In this document: positions 25,120-37,680 of the stretch, in pieces
Numbering within the stretch: the first letter of the stretch is position 1
Layout: each line of letters begins with the position of its first letter
Translations under genes and position numbers: made by a program
From: Malacoraja senta
Taxonomy: Eukaryota
Direction: 5' to 3'
DNA length: 64,000 nucleotides
Assembly: GCA_038087875.1 (NCBI GenBank)
Contig: JAXLNO010000350.1
Coordinates: forward strand, 1-64,000
The notes under the pieces: generated by a model
Told to the model about the DNA's origin: nothing
Databases searched by the model: none
What the model saw: the letters and a program-made list of their open reading frames with translations, nothing else

Positions 25120-27540
25120 TTTACTCAATATAATGCATTCACATAAATTTGAAGAACAAGAATTATCAATTATTTCGCTGGACGCTGAAAAAGCATTTGA
25201 CCAAGTAGAATGGAATTATATGGATAAAGTATTAGAAAAATTCCAATTGGGAAATAATTTTATTTTATGGATTAAATTACTATATAATAAACCTACAGCT
25301 AGAATATTAACTAATAATATATTATCTTCGAAATTTCAACTATCAAGGGGAAATAGACAAGGGTGCTCATTATCACCACAGTTGTTTGCTCTTATAATTG
25401 AACCGTTAGCAGAAAAAATTAGAATACATCCCGATATCCATGGGTATAATACTAAATACTCAAATAATAAAATATCTTTATACGCGGATGATATATTACT
25501 GTACATTACAAAACCTCAAATCACTATACCAAATATATTAAACTTAATTGAAGACTTTGGATCTTTTTCTGGATACAGAATAAACTGGAATAAAAGTGAA
25601 ATTATGTCAATAAAACCGAAAGACTCAACAGATCTTTTAAAATTCCCTTTTAAAATAGCTACAGAAAAATTTAAATACCTGGGAATCGAAATTACCAGAA
25701 CATATCAAGGTATGTTTAAAGCAAATTTTGAGCCTTTACTTAATAAATTAAATACATTAATTAAATTTTGGAAAACGCTCCCGATGTCTTTAATAGGCCG
25801 AATAAATGCAATAAAAATGATCTTTCTTCCACAAATTTTATACCTATTTCAATCGATTCCTATATACTTACCAAAGAAGTTTAAAAAAAAACTGGACTCA
25901 GACATTACTAATTTTATATGGGACTATAAATCACACAGAATACAAAGAACACACCTGAACAAACCCAAAGTACTAGGGGGCTTAGCACTCCCTAATTTCA
26001 TGTATTATTATTGGTCAGTAAATATTAAAAATATGATTCAACTGATGGATAATTCTGCTCAGCAAGTAGATTGGATTGTAATGGAGAGAGAGGACTGCTC
26101 CTCTAGAAACATTGGAGCGATCCTCCTCTCACCAACGAAACTGAATAACATAAACTATAATAAGAACCCAATCATACATAGTACAATCAGAATTTGGAAA
26201 CAAATAAAACAAAATTTAAAATTAAGAAATGTTTCACTTTTATCTCCCATAGTTAATAACCCTTTGTTTAATCCCTCTACTACAGATAAAGCCTTCATAC
26301 AATGGGATAGACTAGGAATTAAAACGTTTGGTGACCTGTATGAAACTGGAAAATTACTATCATTTCAGCAATTACAAATAAAATATAAACTTGGAAATAA
26401 TCAATATTATAAATATTTTCAAATATGTGACTATTTGAAAAAATATATAAAAGATCATTATAATAGCCCAGTAGATGTTTTGGATGATGCAATGCAGATA
26501 AAAGCTGATTCAGCAAATTCAATATCATATTTGTATAATATTATCTTAAATGTAGAAATACCATCTACGGAAGGTATTAGAAGAGAATGGGAACAAGATT
26601 TAGCTATTAAAATCTCAAAGGAAAAGTGGAATGAATACTTATTAAAAGTGCATAAATGTTCGATAAATGTAAGATACTTTAATACAATTCAAAATTTTAC
26701 ATCGATTATACTATTCTAAAACTAAAATCCATAAAATTTCCCCAAATATATCATCAAACTGTGATAAATGTCATTCTCAAGAAGCTACTATAGCGCATTC
26801 ATTTGTTTTCTGTACAAAAATTCAAACATTTTGGATTGACATTTTAGAAATCTTTACAAAATTATTTAAAATAAAACTGATACCCAAAGCAGAATGGATT
26901 ATCTTCGGAATAACGGAAGATAGTCCTGAACTAAATGTGTTTCAAAAGAAACTAATAGACTACGGGTTAATAACTGGAAAAAAGTTAATCCTAAAATTTT
27001 GGAAAAATGCTCCAATACCAACTATAAACATGTGGATTTCAAATATGTTTGAAACATTACACCTAGAAGAGATAAGACTCCTCCTGGTAGGTAAACCAGA
27101 TCACTTCCATCTGACGTGGTCGGCATTTATAGAATTATTACAAATATAGGGTGCAAAGGTACTTTAAAAAAAACTGAGGTCGGGTAGGGGGGATGAAAAT
27201 TGGAGATTTGGTATGTCGCATTTGCGGGATGCTGATAAAAAAGGTATTTGTTCTTCCCTTTTTCCTTTCTCTTGTTCTTCTTCTTTTCTAGGGTCTACTT
27301 AACTCTTTTTCTTATAGGGTCTTTGTTCTTTCTTGTTGTCACGTTTTTTTTTTTTTTTTACACTTTCACCTTTTCCTTCACTTTCCTCTTTCTCTTAATC
27401 TTATCCTCTCCCTTTATCAATGTAAAAAAAAAAACTGAGTACATTAATTGTAATAAAATATATGTGACGAGTACTAATGGATGTGGTTGTAACGTAATGT
27501 GCTTCTAATAAATAAAATAAAAAATATAAAAATAAAAAAA
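25120..27540 (+). mobile_element. 5'-truncated L1 LINE (RT and C-terminal region, T-rich 3'UTR, A-rich tail)
   Basis: SLDAEKAFD, RQGCSLSP, LYADD, GGLALPN; TSD AGAATTTAACATGAAC at 25104-25119 and 27540-27555; empty site at ~50020-50035 (reverse strand). Confidence 0.95.
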
Positions 27541-29495
27541 GAATTTAACATGAACATCCACCACAGTGGAATCATCATTCCTCACTGTGATGGAAGCCAA
27601 TAAAGTTCAGTCAGTCTTCCTCCTTTGTTCACCCGTGATCAGGGCCTTGAACCCCCCGTAGTCGCTGCTACAGAAGGCCCGATGTACAAGCCCTCTCGTC
27701 GGGATGATCAAAACTCCGACGTCGGGACGGATCGGAACACACACTCTCCGCGGCTTGGAGTTCGCGAATCAGCCTGCTTCTTACCGGAGACCGCGGCTTC
27801 TCGATGTTAAAGGCCGCAGGCATTTCTTCTGGCGATCCTCAACAAAGGATCTCCGATCTGGAAAGGCTGCACCAACCTGGTTGTTAGGCCGCAAAGGGGG
27901 AGGGGGGGGGTGAAGATGTGACACGTCGGCTAATTCTGCTGTGAAGTCAGAGAACTGGTGAGCAGTTTTCTGCCGCCATCTCTCCATGATATCCCTGTAA
28001 ATTAATTTCTTCCACAAAAAGGAACATTTATTTCATTGGAATACGACTTGGCTCCAGCGGGTTAACGAGCAAAAGTCTTTGTTTACCGCAGCTGGAGTCT
28101 TGCGGACGTCCAGGGGCGGAGAGCGAGATCCCACCGTTCGGAGTTGAGGGGGAACAGCCGGGTAATGGGAAGTTAAAATGGTTGGGAACCGGGAGATCCA
28201 GCAGGCCTTGATGGACCAAGCGCAAGTGTACGGTGAAATGCACGCCTAGTCTGGACACAAGGAACAGCAGATGCGTGTTTACAAAAAGAGACACAATCTC
28301 CTGGAGTAACTTGTACCTCTGGAGAGCACGGACAGGCAACATTCTAGGTCAGGACCCTTCTTCAGCCTGCTTGGTGTGGTGGGGGGGGGTAGAGAAAGGT
28401 GGAAAGGAGAGGTGGGAGTGGTCGCCTTAGATTCCCTTCCCTCTACACATGCGGCCTGACCCACTGAGTTCCTCCACCACTTTAGAGGGAATGGACAGAC
28501 GATGTTTTGAGTCAGGACCCTTCTTCAGACTGATTGGAGAGGGTGGGGACAGGAAGCTGGAAACAGAGATGGGGGCTGGACAAAGCCTGGCAAGTGATAG
28601 GTGGACACAAAATGCTGGAGTAACTCAGCGGGACAAGCAGCATTTCTGGAGAGAAGGAATGGGTGACGTTTCAGGTTGAGACCCTTCTTCAGAAGTGATA
28701 GGTGGATATAGGTGAGGGAGACACAAGAAACTGCAGATGCTGGATTCTTGCATAGAAAACAATTTAATTAGATGAACAGAATCTCTTGTCCATTGTGGGG
28801 GAAATCGAGGACCAGAGGACATGGGTTCAAGGTGAAGGGGAAAAGATTTAATAGGAATCTGAGGGGTAACATTTTCAAAAAAAGGGTGGTGGGGGTATGG
28901 AACAAGTTGCCAGAGGAGGTTGTTGAGGCTGGGACTATCCCTACATTTAAGAAACAGATAGACAGGTACATGGATAGGACAGGTTTGGAGGAATATGGAC
29001 CAAACGTGGGCAGATGGGACTAGTCAGGGCTCTTAACTTTTTTTCCCTGTTGGCAGCCGGGCAACCAAGGCAGCTTTTTAGGTTGCCAAATGACAGTTTA
29101 GGTGGTCATGTAAGACGGCTTGCATGACGCGTGCGATAATGTGCTGGGACGAAGTGCGTAGTTACCAGTCGGAATTATGCTCAATGAAGCATTCACATAT
29201 TATTTCTGCTTCAAATAAAGTCACAAACTAAACATATTCACCAATCAAGACATGTTATATACCACAATGACATGCAGCAAAATTATAATACAGTATCTCA
29301 ACTCTTTTTACACATTGCAATGAATGCAAGTTCTATTATTTCTTTCCACTTCCAAACAAAAATGTGGTCGGATTATTCAGAGTATGATCAACCTGTGTCA
29401 ATAAATCCTGGACCATGGTAACATATATGCTTAACCATGCACACTACAGATTGATGCAAGCATGTTTTCTGTGAAGGACTGAAAATTATCATGAC

Positions 29496-30446
29496 ATAGA
29501 AACATAGAATCATAGAAAATAGGTGCAGGAGGAGGCCATTTGGCCCTTCGAGCCTGCACTGCCATTTGATATGATCATGGCTGATCATCCAACTCAGTAT
29601 CCCATCCCTGCCTTCTCTCCATACCCCCTGATCCCTTTAGCCACAAGGGCCACATCTAAGTCCCTCTTAAATATAGCCAATGAACTGGCCTCAACCACCT
29701 TCTGTGGCAGAGAATTCCAGAGATTCACCACTCTCTGTGTAAAAAATGATTTCCTCATCTCGGTCCTAAAAGTCTTCCCTCTTATCCTTAAACTGTGACC
29801 CCTAGTTCTGGACTTCCCCAACATCGGGAATAATCTTCCTGCATCTAGCCTGTAGAACCCCTTAAGAATTTTGTAAGTTTCTATAAGATCCCCCCTCAGT
29901 CTTCTGAATTCCAACGTATACAAGCCGAGTCTATCCAGTCTTTCCTCATATGAAAGTCCTGCCATCCCAGGAATCAGTCTGGTGAACCTTCTCTGTACTC
30001 CCTCTATGGCAAGAATGTATTTCCTCAGATTAGGAGACCAAAACTGTACGCAATATTCCAGGTGTGGTCTCACCAAGACCCTGTACAACTGCAGTAGAAC
30101 CTCCCTGCTCTTATACTCAAATCCTTTTGCTATGAATGCTATCATACCATTTGCTTTCTTCACTGCGTGCTGCACCTGCATTCCTACTTTCAATGACTGG
30201 TGTACCATGACACCCAGATCTCGTTGCATCTCCCCTTTTCCTGATCGGCCACCATTCAGATAATAGTCTACTTTCCTGTTTTTGCCACCAAAGTGGATAA
30301 CCTCACATTTATCCACATTATACTGCATCTGCCATGCCTTTGCCCACTCACCCAACCTATCCAAGTCACCTTGCAGCCTCCTAGCATCCTCCTCACAGCT
30401 AACACTGCCCCACAGCTTCGTGTCATCTGCAAACTTGGAGATGTTG
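29496..30446 (-). mobile_element. 5'-truncated CR1 with open ORF2 C-terminus
   Basis: [10 protein letters not shown] through GYGEKAGMGY*; 3'UTR and tail. Confidence 0.92.
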
Positions 30447-31349
30447 CATGGCCATAGCATGGGTCGATGACATGGCCATAGCATGGGTCGTTATTGCTAT
30501 TGGTACATAAACACTCCCGCTTCCCACATAATTTATCCACAACAAAATATACAAGTTGCAAGGAAATTTCTAAAGGTATTTTATGATAATAGCTGTTAAA
30601 ACTGACTATACCCATCTGACAGGTTAAACATTACACTAACTGACAAGAGATGGCCAAAGGATATAACTGCAGCAAATGTTCTTTTGGCAATATGTTTAAA
30701 GGTGTCAAAACGCCACATTACCGGACATTCAGATTAGATGTACGTGTTGTGAACAGCAATGAAAATACCCAGTTTGTAGGCACCATATTTTAAATTATTG
30801 ATAAACGCTGTTTCCATCATTCTCACTTCGATATTAACGTTAAAATTTCAACTGAAATATCTCCTGACCAAATTTGTGATGTATATGACCGACTGTAAAA
30901 GTAAATCCTGGATAAATCCAACGTATAGTTGTGAATGTTGCTCATTAAATAACTACAGTACTGATACTCCATATTAAGAGCATTGATTTGCCGTCAAAAT
31001 GAATTCTGTAATAACGTGTCAATGGTAGCAGTGACATTCGAACACTGCGGTTTTAATGTTTCACGTGTTCACAATTTAATTAATCCATCTTTATGGATTA
31101 AAACAAATAATAGCATTGGGAATTAAAACACATTTGATTCCATTCCATTTGAAACAGTCAATGTTCGCTCTGAAGACATTTCCAGCACAGTAGAGTCGGG
31201 GGGTGTGTGGGTGTGTGTGTGAATCAGTGCGGGATGGATAGATGCCGGGGGGGGGGGGGGTTGAGAAGGCAATCGGTGCGGAATGGATTCATTGAGGCAG
31301 AGGAATTAGTGCGTGTTGGTTGGAGTAGGTAAAATTGTGAGGAGAGAGC

Positions 31350-31830
31350 GCGGGGGATGTCAGTGGGGGTTGAATGGGGGGGGGGGATCAGTACGGAATG
31401 GATGGGGGGGGATCACTATAGGATGGATGGGGGGTGATCAGTACAGGATGAATTGGTGGATCACTACAGGATGGATGGGGGGGGGGTCACTATAGGATGG
31501 ATGGGGGGGTGATCAGTACAGGATGAATGGGTGGTTCACTACAGGATGGATGGGGGGATCAGTACAGGATGAATGGGGGAGATCAGTGCAGGATGGATGG
31601 GGGGGATCAGTACAGGATGAATTGGGGGAGCTGTGTAGGATGGATAGGACATGGGGTCACTACAGGATGAATTGGGGGACCAGTGCAGGGTGGATGGGGA
31701 GTGGCAGGAGAATCAATGCGAGGTGGATAGGGAGATCAGTGCAGGATGAATAGATGGGGGTAGATGGGGAGGGGAGCACAGGGGATGTCAGTGAGGACTG
31801 AATAGAGGCGGGAATGGGGATCAGTGCGGG
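31350..31830. repeat. G-rich minisatellite, ~21-23-bp unit (GGATGRATGGGGGGATCAGTACA)
   Basis: Visible degenerate tandem copies. Confidence 0.85.
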
Positions 31831-32344
31831 ATGGAGAGCAGGGGTCCCAGGATAAGGGGGTGGAGGAGAGAGAGAGAGGGAGAGAGGGAGAGAGGGCGAG
31901 CGCCAAAGGGTTTGTTTCCACACTCTATGACTCTAACACGAATTGCTGGAGTAACTTGGCAGATCAGGCAGCATCTCTGGAGGAAAGGAATGGATGACGT
32001 TATGGGTCGAGACTGAAGAAGGGCCCTCGATCCCAAACGTTACCCATTCCTTCCAGCATTTTGTCTCTACCTAAACAGCGCCTATCTATCCACATGGCGT
32101 TGTGCCAGCAGGCTGGAGGAGCGGGCAAAGCCCTTGCCACAGAGCGGGCAGGTGAAGGGGCGCTGGCCGGTGCTCCAGCAGGTGGTCAAGGCGGGTGAAG
32201 TCCTTACCACAGGACGGGCTGTGGATACACCGGTGCTGCCACAGGCTGGACTTGCGGGTTAAACCCTTGCCACACTCAGCACACACAAAGGATCTCTCTC
32301 TGGTGTGTATCCGCTGGTGCTCCCGCAGCCCCCATGCTCTCTTG

Positions 32345-33308
32345 TCACAATGGGAGCAGCTGCTCACTGGCGTGGGCCCGCCGGTGCTGCCGCAACCCCC
32401 CGCGAGCTGTCAAACACCTCACCACAGTACAGGCAGTCATGGGGCTGGCCACTAGTGTGCACGCGCTGGTGAGACAGGGCGTGGGAGGCCATGGCAAAGC
32501 GCTCTCCACACACCGGGCTGGGAATTGGACGGTCGCCGGTGTGGGTGCGCTGGTGGTACAGCAGCCTGGTGCAGCAGATGAAGCCCTTGCCGCATTGGGT
32601 GCAGGTGAAGGGGCGCTCGTCGGAGTGGGTGTGCTGGTGCTCCAGCAGGTGGCTGGAGCGGGTGTAGCCCTTGCCGCACTGGGCGCAGGTGTAGGGGCGC
32701 TCGCCGGTGTGGGTGCGCTGGTGCTCCAGCAGGCTGGTGGAGCAGGTGAAGCCCTTGCCGCACTGGGCGCAGGTGTAGGGGCGCTCGCCGGTGTGGTTGC
32801 GCTGGTGATTCAGCAGCTTGGAGGAGCATGTGTAGCCCTTGCCGCACTGGGCGCAGGTGTAGGGGCGCTCGCCGGTGTGGGTGCGCTGGTGCACCTGCAG
32901 GCTGCTGGACCTGGTGAAGCCCTTGCCACAGTCGCTGCAGGTGTGGGGCCGCTCCCCGGTGTGCAGCCGCCGGTGCACCTTCAGGTCCGTGGTCGACTTG
33001 TAACCTTTGCCGCAGTCGGAGCATGTGTGGGGCCGCTCACTGCTGTGCACCCGCCGGTGCACCTTCAGGTCCCTGGACGACTTGCACCCTTTGCCGCAGT
33101 CGGAGCAGGTGAAGGGCCGCTCACTGCTGTGCACCCGCTGGTGCTGCCTCAGCCTCGACAACCAGGGAAAGCTCTTGCCACAAGTGGAGCAGTCATAGAG
33201 CTGCCAGCCCGCGTGCACCCGCCGGTGGATCTCCAGCATGCTCGGGCTCTGCCAGGCCTTGCCACACACGTCGCACTCATAAAGTATCTCCTTGTTGTGC
33301 CCCGTCAT
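32345..33308 (-). CDS. C2H2 zinc-finger protein, paralog 2 (9 canonical plus 2 atypical fingers)
   Basis: Open array MTGHNKE...; acceptor AG at 33437-33438; +1 base in homopolymer 32396-32401 alters the last finger (real or assembly error); family stop LLPL* at 32345. Confidence 0.8.
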
Positions 33309-34289
33309 GTGGTCCTCCACCGAAGCTCGGCCCGCACACCGAGCAGTTAGGGGGGGGGGGGGCTCACGGCACCCTGGCCGCCCTCAATGGCCGCTCACGT
33401 CCCCGTCTCTCCCTCCACAGCAACGGCTCCTAAACCCTGCAGGAGGGGAACACAGAGGGTCAACAAGCTGGCAAACAGGACGTTACTAACGCGTGAACAT
33501 TACTAGTGCTTGAGGGGACAGGGGGGGTGAGAGGGGGTGTGTGAGGGGAGCTGGGGAGCGGGGGGGGGGGTGAGATGAAGGTGTGAGGGGGAGAAGGGAG
33601 GCGGGAAGGAGGGGAGAGATGGTGAGGAGGCAAGTGGGGAAGGGGGATGAGGACGGTGGAAGTGAGGGAATGGGAGAAGGGAGGGGGTGTAAAGGAGGGC
33701 AGAGGAGAAGTGGGGGCTCCGCACCGTCGTGGGTGTGCCGAGCATCCAGGCACCGCGTCGAGCCGCCCGTCCGCCAGCCAGCACGACCGGCGCCCTGACG
33801 TCACCCCCAATCCGAGGGGGGGCTGCCGTTGATTTACATGCATCAAGGGAGGAAGGTCACAGAGTGATCCAGTGACTCAGCGGGTAGAATAGCGTCTTTG
33901 GGGGACGTGGATAGATGCACCGTGGCCTCCCGCCGCCAGGGGGCTTTGCAGCGGGAGAACCAGAGATGCTGCACCACGGGTTCCCAGCGACAGGGGGCGC
34001 TACAGTCGGAGGACCAGACGCTGCAGCGCTGCCTCCCACCGACAGGGGGCGCTCAGGTCGGAGGACCAGACACGCTGCACCACGGCCTCCGCCACCAGGT
34101 AGGCGTTATAGTCGGAGGACCAGAGGGAGACCAGACGTGACATTCCCCCCCCCCTCGGGTCACCGGCTGCAGGATTGCCCTCGGGAAGGGAGGAGGAGGT
34201 GGGGAAAGGACGTGGTGGCGGCTGTTCCCACGTGAGCTCCTGGCACTGTGAGGGAGGCATCCTCCCGTCGACCGCTACAACGTATCGGC

Positions 34290-34730
34290 CCCACCTCACG
34301 TGACCGCCCACCAGGTCCCGCCCCCTCCCTCCCCTCACTGACGGGCAGCGCCAGCAGCCAATGGCAAAGAGTCCCGCCCCACTGACGGGCAGCGCCAGCA
34401 GCCAATGGCAGAGAGTCCCGCCTCCTCCCTCACTGACGGGCAGCGCCAGCATCTAATGGCAAAGAGTCCCACCCCACTGACGGGCAGCGCCAGCAGCCAA
34501 TGGCAGAGAGTCCAGCCTCCCCAACATCACAAAGGACCAGGAACCGCCCCCTCATTGCATCCGACCAATCAGAGCCACTTCCCTGCCCCAGGTGACCGCG
34601 TCCTATAGGTCGAGCTGTACTCCCGCCCCTCGGACAGACAGCTCTCTGTCTGCCAATCGGAGCACCCCATTGCCACGACGCGGCCGGCCCCGCCCCCGCG
34701 GCTCCTACATCACGTGGGGGGGGGGAAACA
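34290..34730 (-). promoter_or_regulatory. CpG-island-like element with a tandem CCAAT/GC-box array
   Basis: Four 44-51-bp units CACTGACGGGCAGCGCCAGCAGCCAATGGCARAGAGTCCCGCC at 34336, 34380, 34431, 34475; further CCAAT at ~34565 and ~34653; CACGTG sites. Confidence 0.55.
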
Positions 34731-34919
34731 ATCACAGCAGCTGCAGAGGCTGCAAACCTGAGATAAAACCTCAAGGGGGGGCCAGACTACAAAATGCTGC
34801 AGAAACTCAGCGGGACGGGCAGCATCTCTGGAGAGAAGGAATGGGCGACGTTGAGACCCTTCCTCAGACTAAGAGTCGCAGGAGAACTATAGACGGTGAT
34901 GTGGAGTGAAAAGCTTTCA

Positions 34920-35698
34920 CATAGAAACATAGACAATAGGTGTAGGAGTAGGCCATTCGGCCCTTCGAGCCAGCCATTCAATATGATCACGGCTGATCAT
35001 TCACAATCAGTACCCCGTTCCTGCTTTCTCCCCATATCCCTTGATTCCATTAGCCTTAAAGACTACGTCTAACTCTCTCTTGAAAACATCCAGTGAGTTG
35101 GCCTCCACTGACATTCTGTGTCAGAGAATTCCACAGATTCACAACTCTCTGGGTGAAAAAGTGTTTCCTCATCTCAGTCCTAAATGGCCTACCCCTTATT
35201 TTTAAACTGCGAACCCTGGTTCTGGACTCCTCCAGCTTTGGGAACATGTTTCCTGCCTCGTGCGTGTCTAATCCCTTAATAATTTTAAATGTTTCCATAA
35301 GATGCCCTCTCATCCTAAATTCCAATGAATACAAGCCCATTCGACCCATTCTTTCATCATATGTCAGTCCCGCCATCCCGGGAATTAACCTTGTAAACCT
35401 ACGCTGCACTCCCTCAATAGCAAAAATGATCTTCCTCAAATTAGGAGACCAAAATTGCACACAATACTCCAGGTGTGGTCTCACCAGGATACTCCAGGTG
35501 TGGTCTCACCAGGGTCCTGCATAACTGTAGAAAGACCTCTTTGCTCCTAAACTCAACTCCTCTTGTTATGAAGGCCAACATGCCAATAGCTTTCTTCACT
35601 GCCTGCTGTACCTGCAAGCTTACTTTCAGTGATTGATGTACAAGGACACCCAGGTCTTGTTGTACTTCCCATTTTCCTAACCTGACACTATTCAGATA
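34920..35698 (-). mobile_element. CR1 3' end
   Basis: RPHLEYCVQFWSP...LWNSL; internal ~23-bp duplication near 35465-35513. Confidence 0.88.
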
Positions 35699-35699
35699 A

Positions 35700-36110
35700 G
35701 TGCTGGAGTAACACCTTACACTTCCTTATCTCTGCATCTCCCTCTCCTGTGACTCTGTCTGAAGAAGGGTCCTTCTCTCCAGAGACACTGCCTGTCCCGC
35801 TGAGTTACTCCAGCATTTTGTGACTGTCTGTGGAGAACATGGATAGGGGATGTTTTTTGGATCACGACCTTTCTTCAGACCTGAAACATCGCCCATCCAT
35901 GTTGACCAGAGATGCTGCCTGACCCGCTGAGTTACTCCAGCACTCTGTGAAACATCATCTATCCATGTTCTCCACAGATGCCGCCTCCAGCATTTTGTGT
36001 CTTTTTGTGTATGAACCAGCATCCACACTTCCTTGCGTTTGCCAAACATAGGCACAAAGTGCTGGGGAGGGGAAATATGGGCAACGTTTCAGGTCGGGTC
36101 ACTTGGCTAC
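35700..36110. repeat. Cluster of Penelope pLTR-derived fragments
   Basis: Repeated GATGCTGCCTGACCCGCTGAGTTACTCCAGCA blocks and CTGAAGAAGGGT. Confidence 0.65.
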
Positions 36111-36840
36111 TTGTCAAACTTTGTTCAAGTTGAGAAATGTCATTCTCTGATTTTATTTAATTATCCAACAACCTACCTCCCTTTTATTGATAGCAGTATG
36201 AATATTGATTTATCTAATTTCAAGTAACCCTTACATCCCCTCTCTCTCCATCCCTCTCCCACCCGTCATACCGGCTTCAAAGTCATCTTGTTGAGTCTCA
36301 TTGTCTGTTTTTCTCAGTTTTTCTCACTGATGTGGTTTATTTGGAGTTACCTCAGTTTCCCCCACATATTGACCCTATTCCACTCCCCTGCTGAATTATA
36401 ACATCATTTACCACAGGACGTTGCTCCAGACGGGGAGTTTATATTATTTATCCCAGTTTTCCCCACAGACGTGTAGTTTATGTTGAGATTTACCTCAGTT
36501 TCCCCCCAGACTGTGTTTATTTCGCTCCCCTGCTGATTATTATCATTATTTACCACAGTTTTCCCCCAGACTGTGTTTATTTCCAGGGCTGTGGAGTCTG
36601 AGTCGGAGTTGTCGGAGTTGGAGTAATTTTGGTGCTGCTGGAGTCGGAGTCGGTAAAAAAGCCCCGACTCCGACCGCAACATAAACTTCAGAGACTACGT
36701 AAATCTCTGCCTTATCCACTAACTTGGCCTCCACTGCCGTCTGTGGCAAAGAATTCCACAGATTCACCACCTTCTGACTAAAGAAATTCCACCTCATCTC
36801 ATCTTCAGGAGAAAGTTAGATAGAGCTCTTAGGGATAGTG

Positions 36841-37467
36841 CCTATACTTCCTCAACAACGCCTATACTTCCTCAGACAGCTCAAGAAGTTCAGAGTCCAC
36901 AAACACCTCCTGGTCCGCTTCTATCAATCCACCATTGAAAGCATCATCACTTCATCAATCACAGTCTGGTACGGAAACACTGACAGTCATTCACTACACA
37001 GAATACAGCGCATTGTCTCCAAGGCCTCTAGGATCATCAACTCTCCCCTCCCCTCAATCCATTCCATTTACCTCCAACGTACCTCAAAACGGGCAACAAA
37101 GATCATCTCGGATCCCTCCCATCCAGCAAACCACCCTTTCCAGTCTCTCCCTTCAGGGAGGCGCCTTAGGTCACTTGCTACAAAATCCACCCGTTTTAAA
37201 ACAGTTTCTTCCCCTCAGCAATAAGAACACTTAATTCCCTCCAATAACTTTTTGACTTTGATGTATACAGTGTCTTGTCTATGGTTTTTGTCTGTTCTTT
37301 TGCACTATGTATTGTTGGTGAGATTTGTGATTTGTGATGTGCTTTATTATTATGATCTGTGTTGTTATTAGTGTTAATGTGCTAAAGCAGTGTACCATCA
37401 TGTACCGAACCCAATTACCACCAACCCTGGTCGTGTGGCAAATAAAGATTCTATCTATCTATCTATC
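36841..37467 (+). mobile_element. Rex/Babar LINE 3' fragment
   Basis: QQRLYFLRQLKKF...IESIITSSITVWYG...LPSGRR; (CTAT)n tail; TAGTG duplicated. Confidence 0.85.
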
Positions 37468-37680
37468 TAGTGGAGTTTAGGGATATGGAGAGAAGGCAGG
37501 AACGGTGGTACTAATTGTGGATGATCAGCCGTGATCACATTGAATGGCGGTGCTGGCTCGAAGGGCCGAATGGCCTCCTCCTGCACCTGTTGTCTATTGT
37601 TTGCTGATTTATTTCACTCCTCTGTGGGTTTCTAACATTATTGACCTCAGGTCTCCACCAGATTTACCGGGTTTATTCCA

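Larger units (their letters stand above)
29025..31900. mobile_element. Insertion specific to module 2, beginning with a hAT-like CAGGGCTC end; other end not recognisable
   Basis: Replaces ~37 bp present in modules 1 and 3; contains a CR1 and a minisatellite. Confidence 0.45.

Noticed and set aside
27930..28110. Possible old L1 ORF1 fragment (FSDFTAELA, minus strand)
   Set aside because: Single short motif with frame breaks; not supportable without a search
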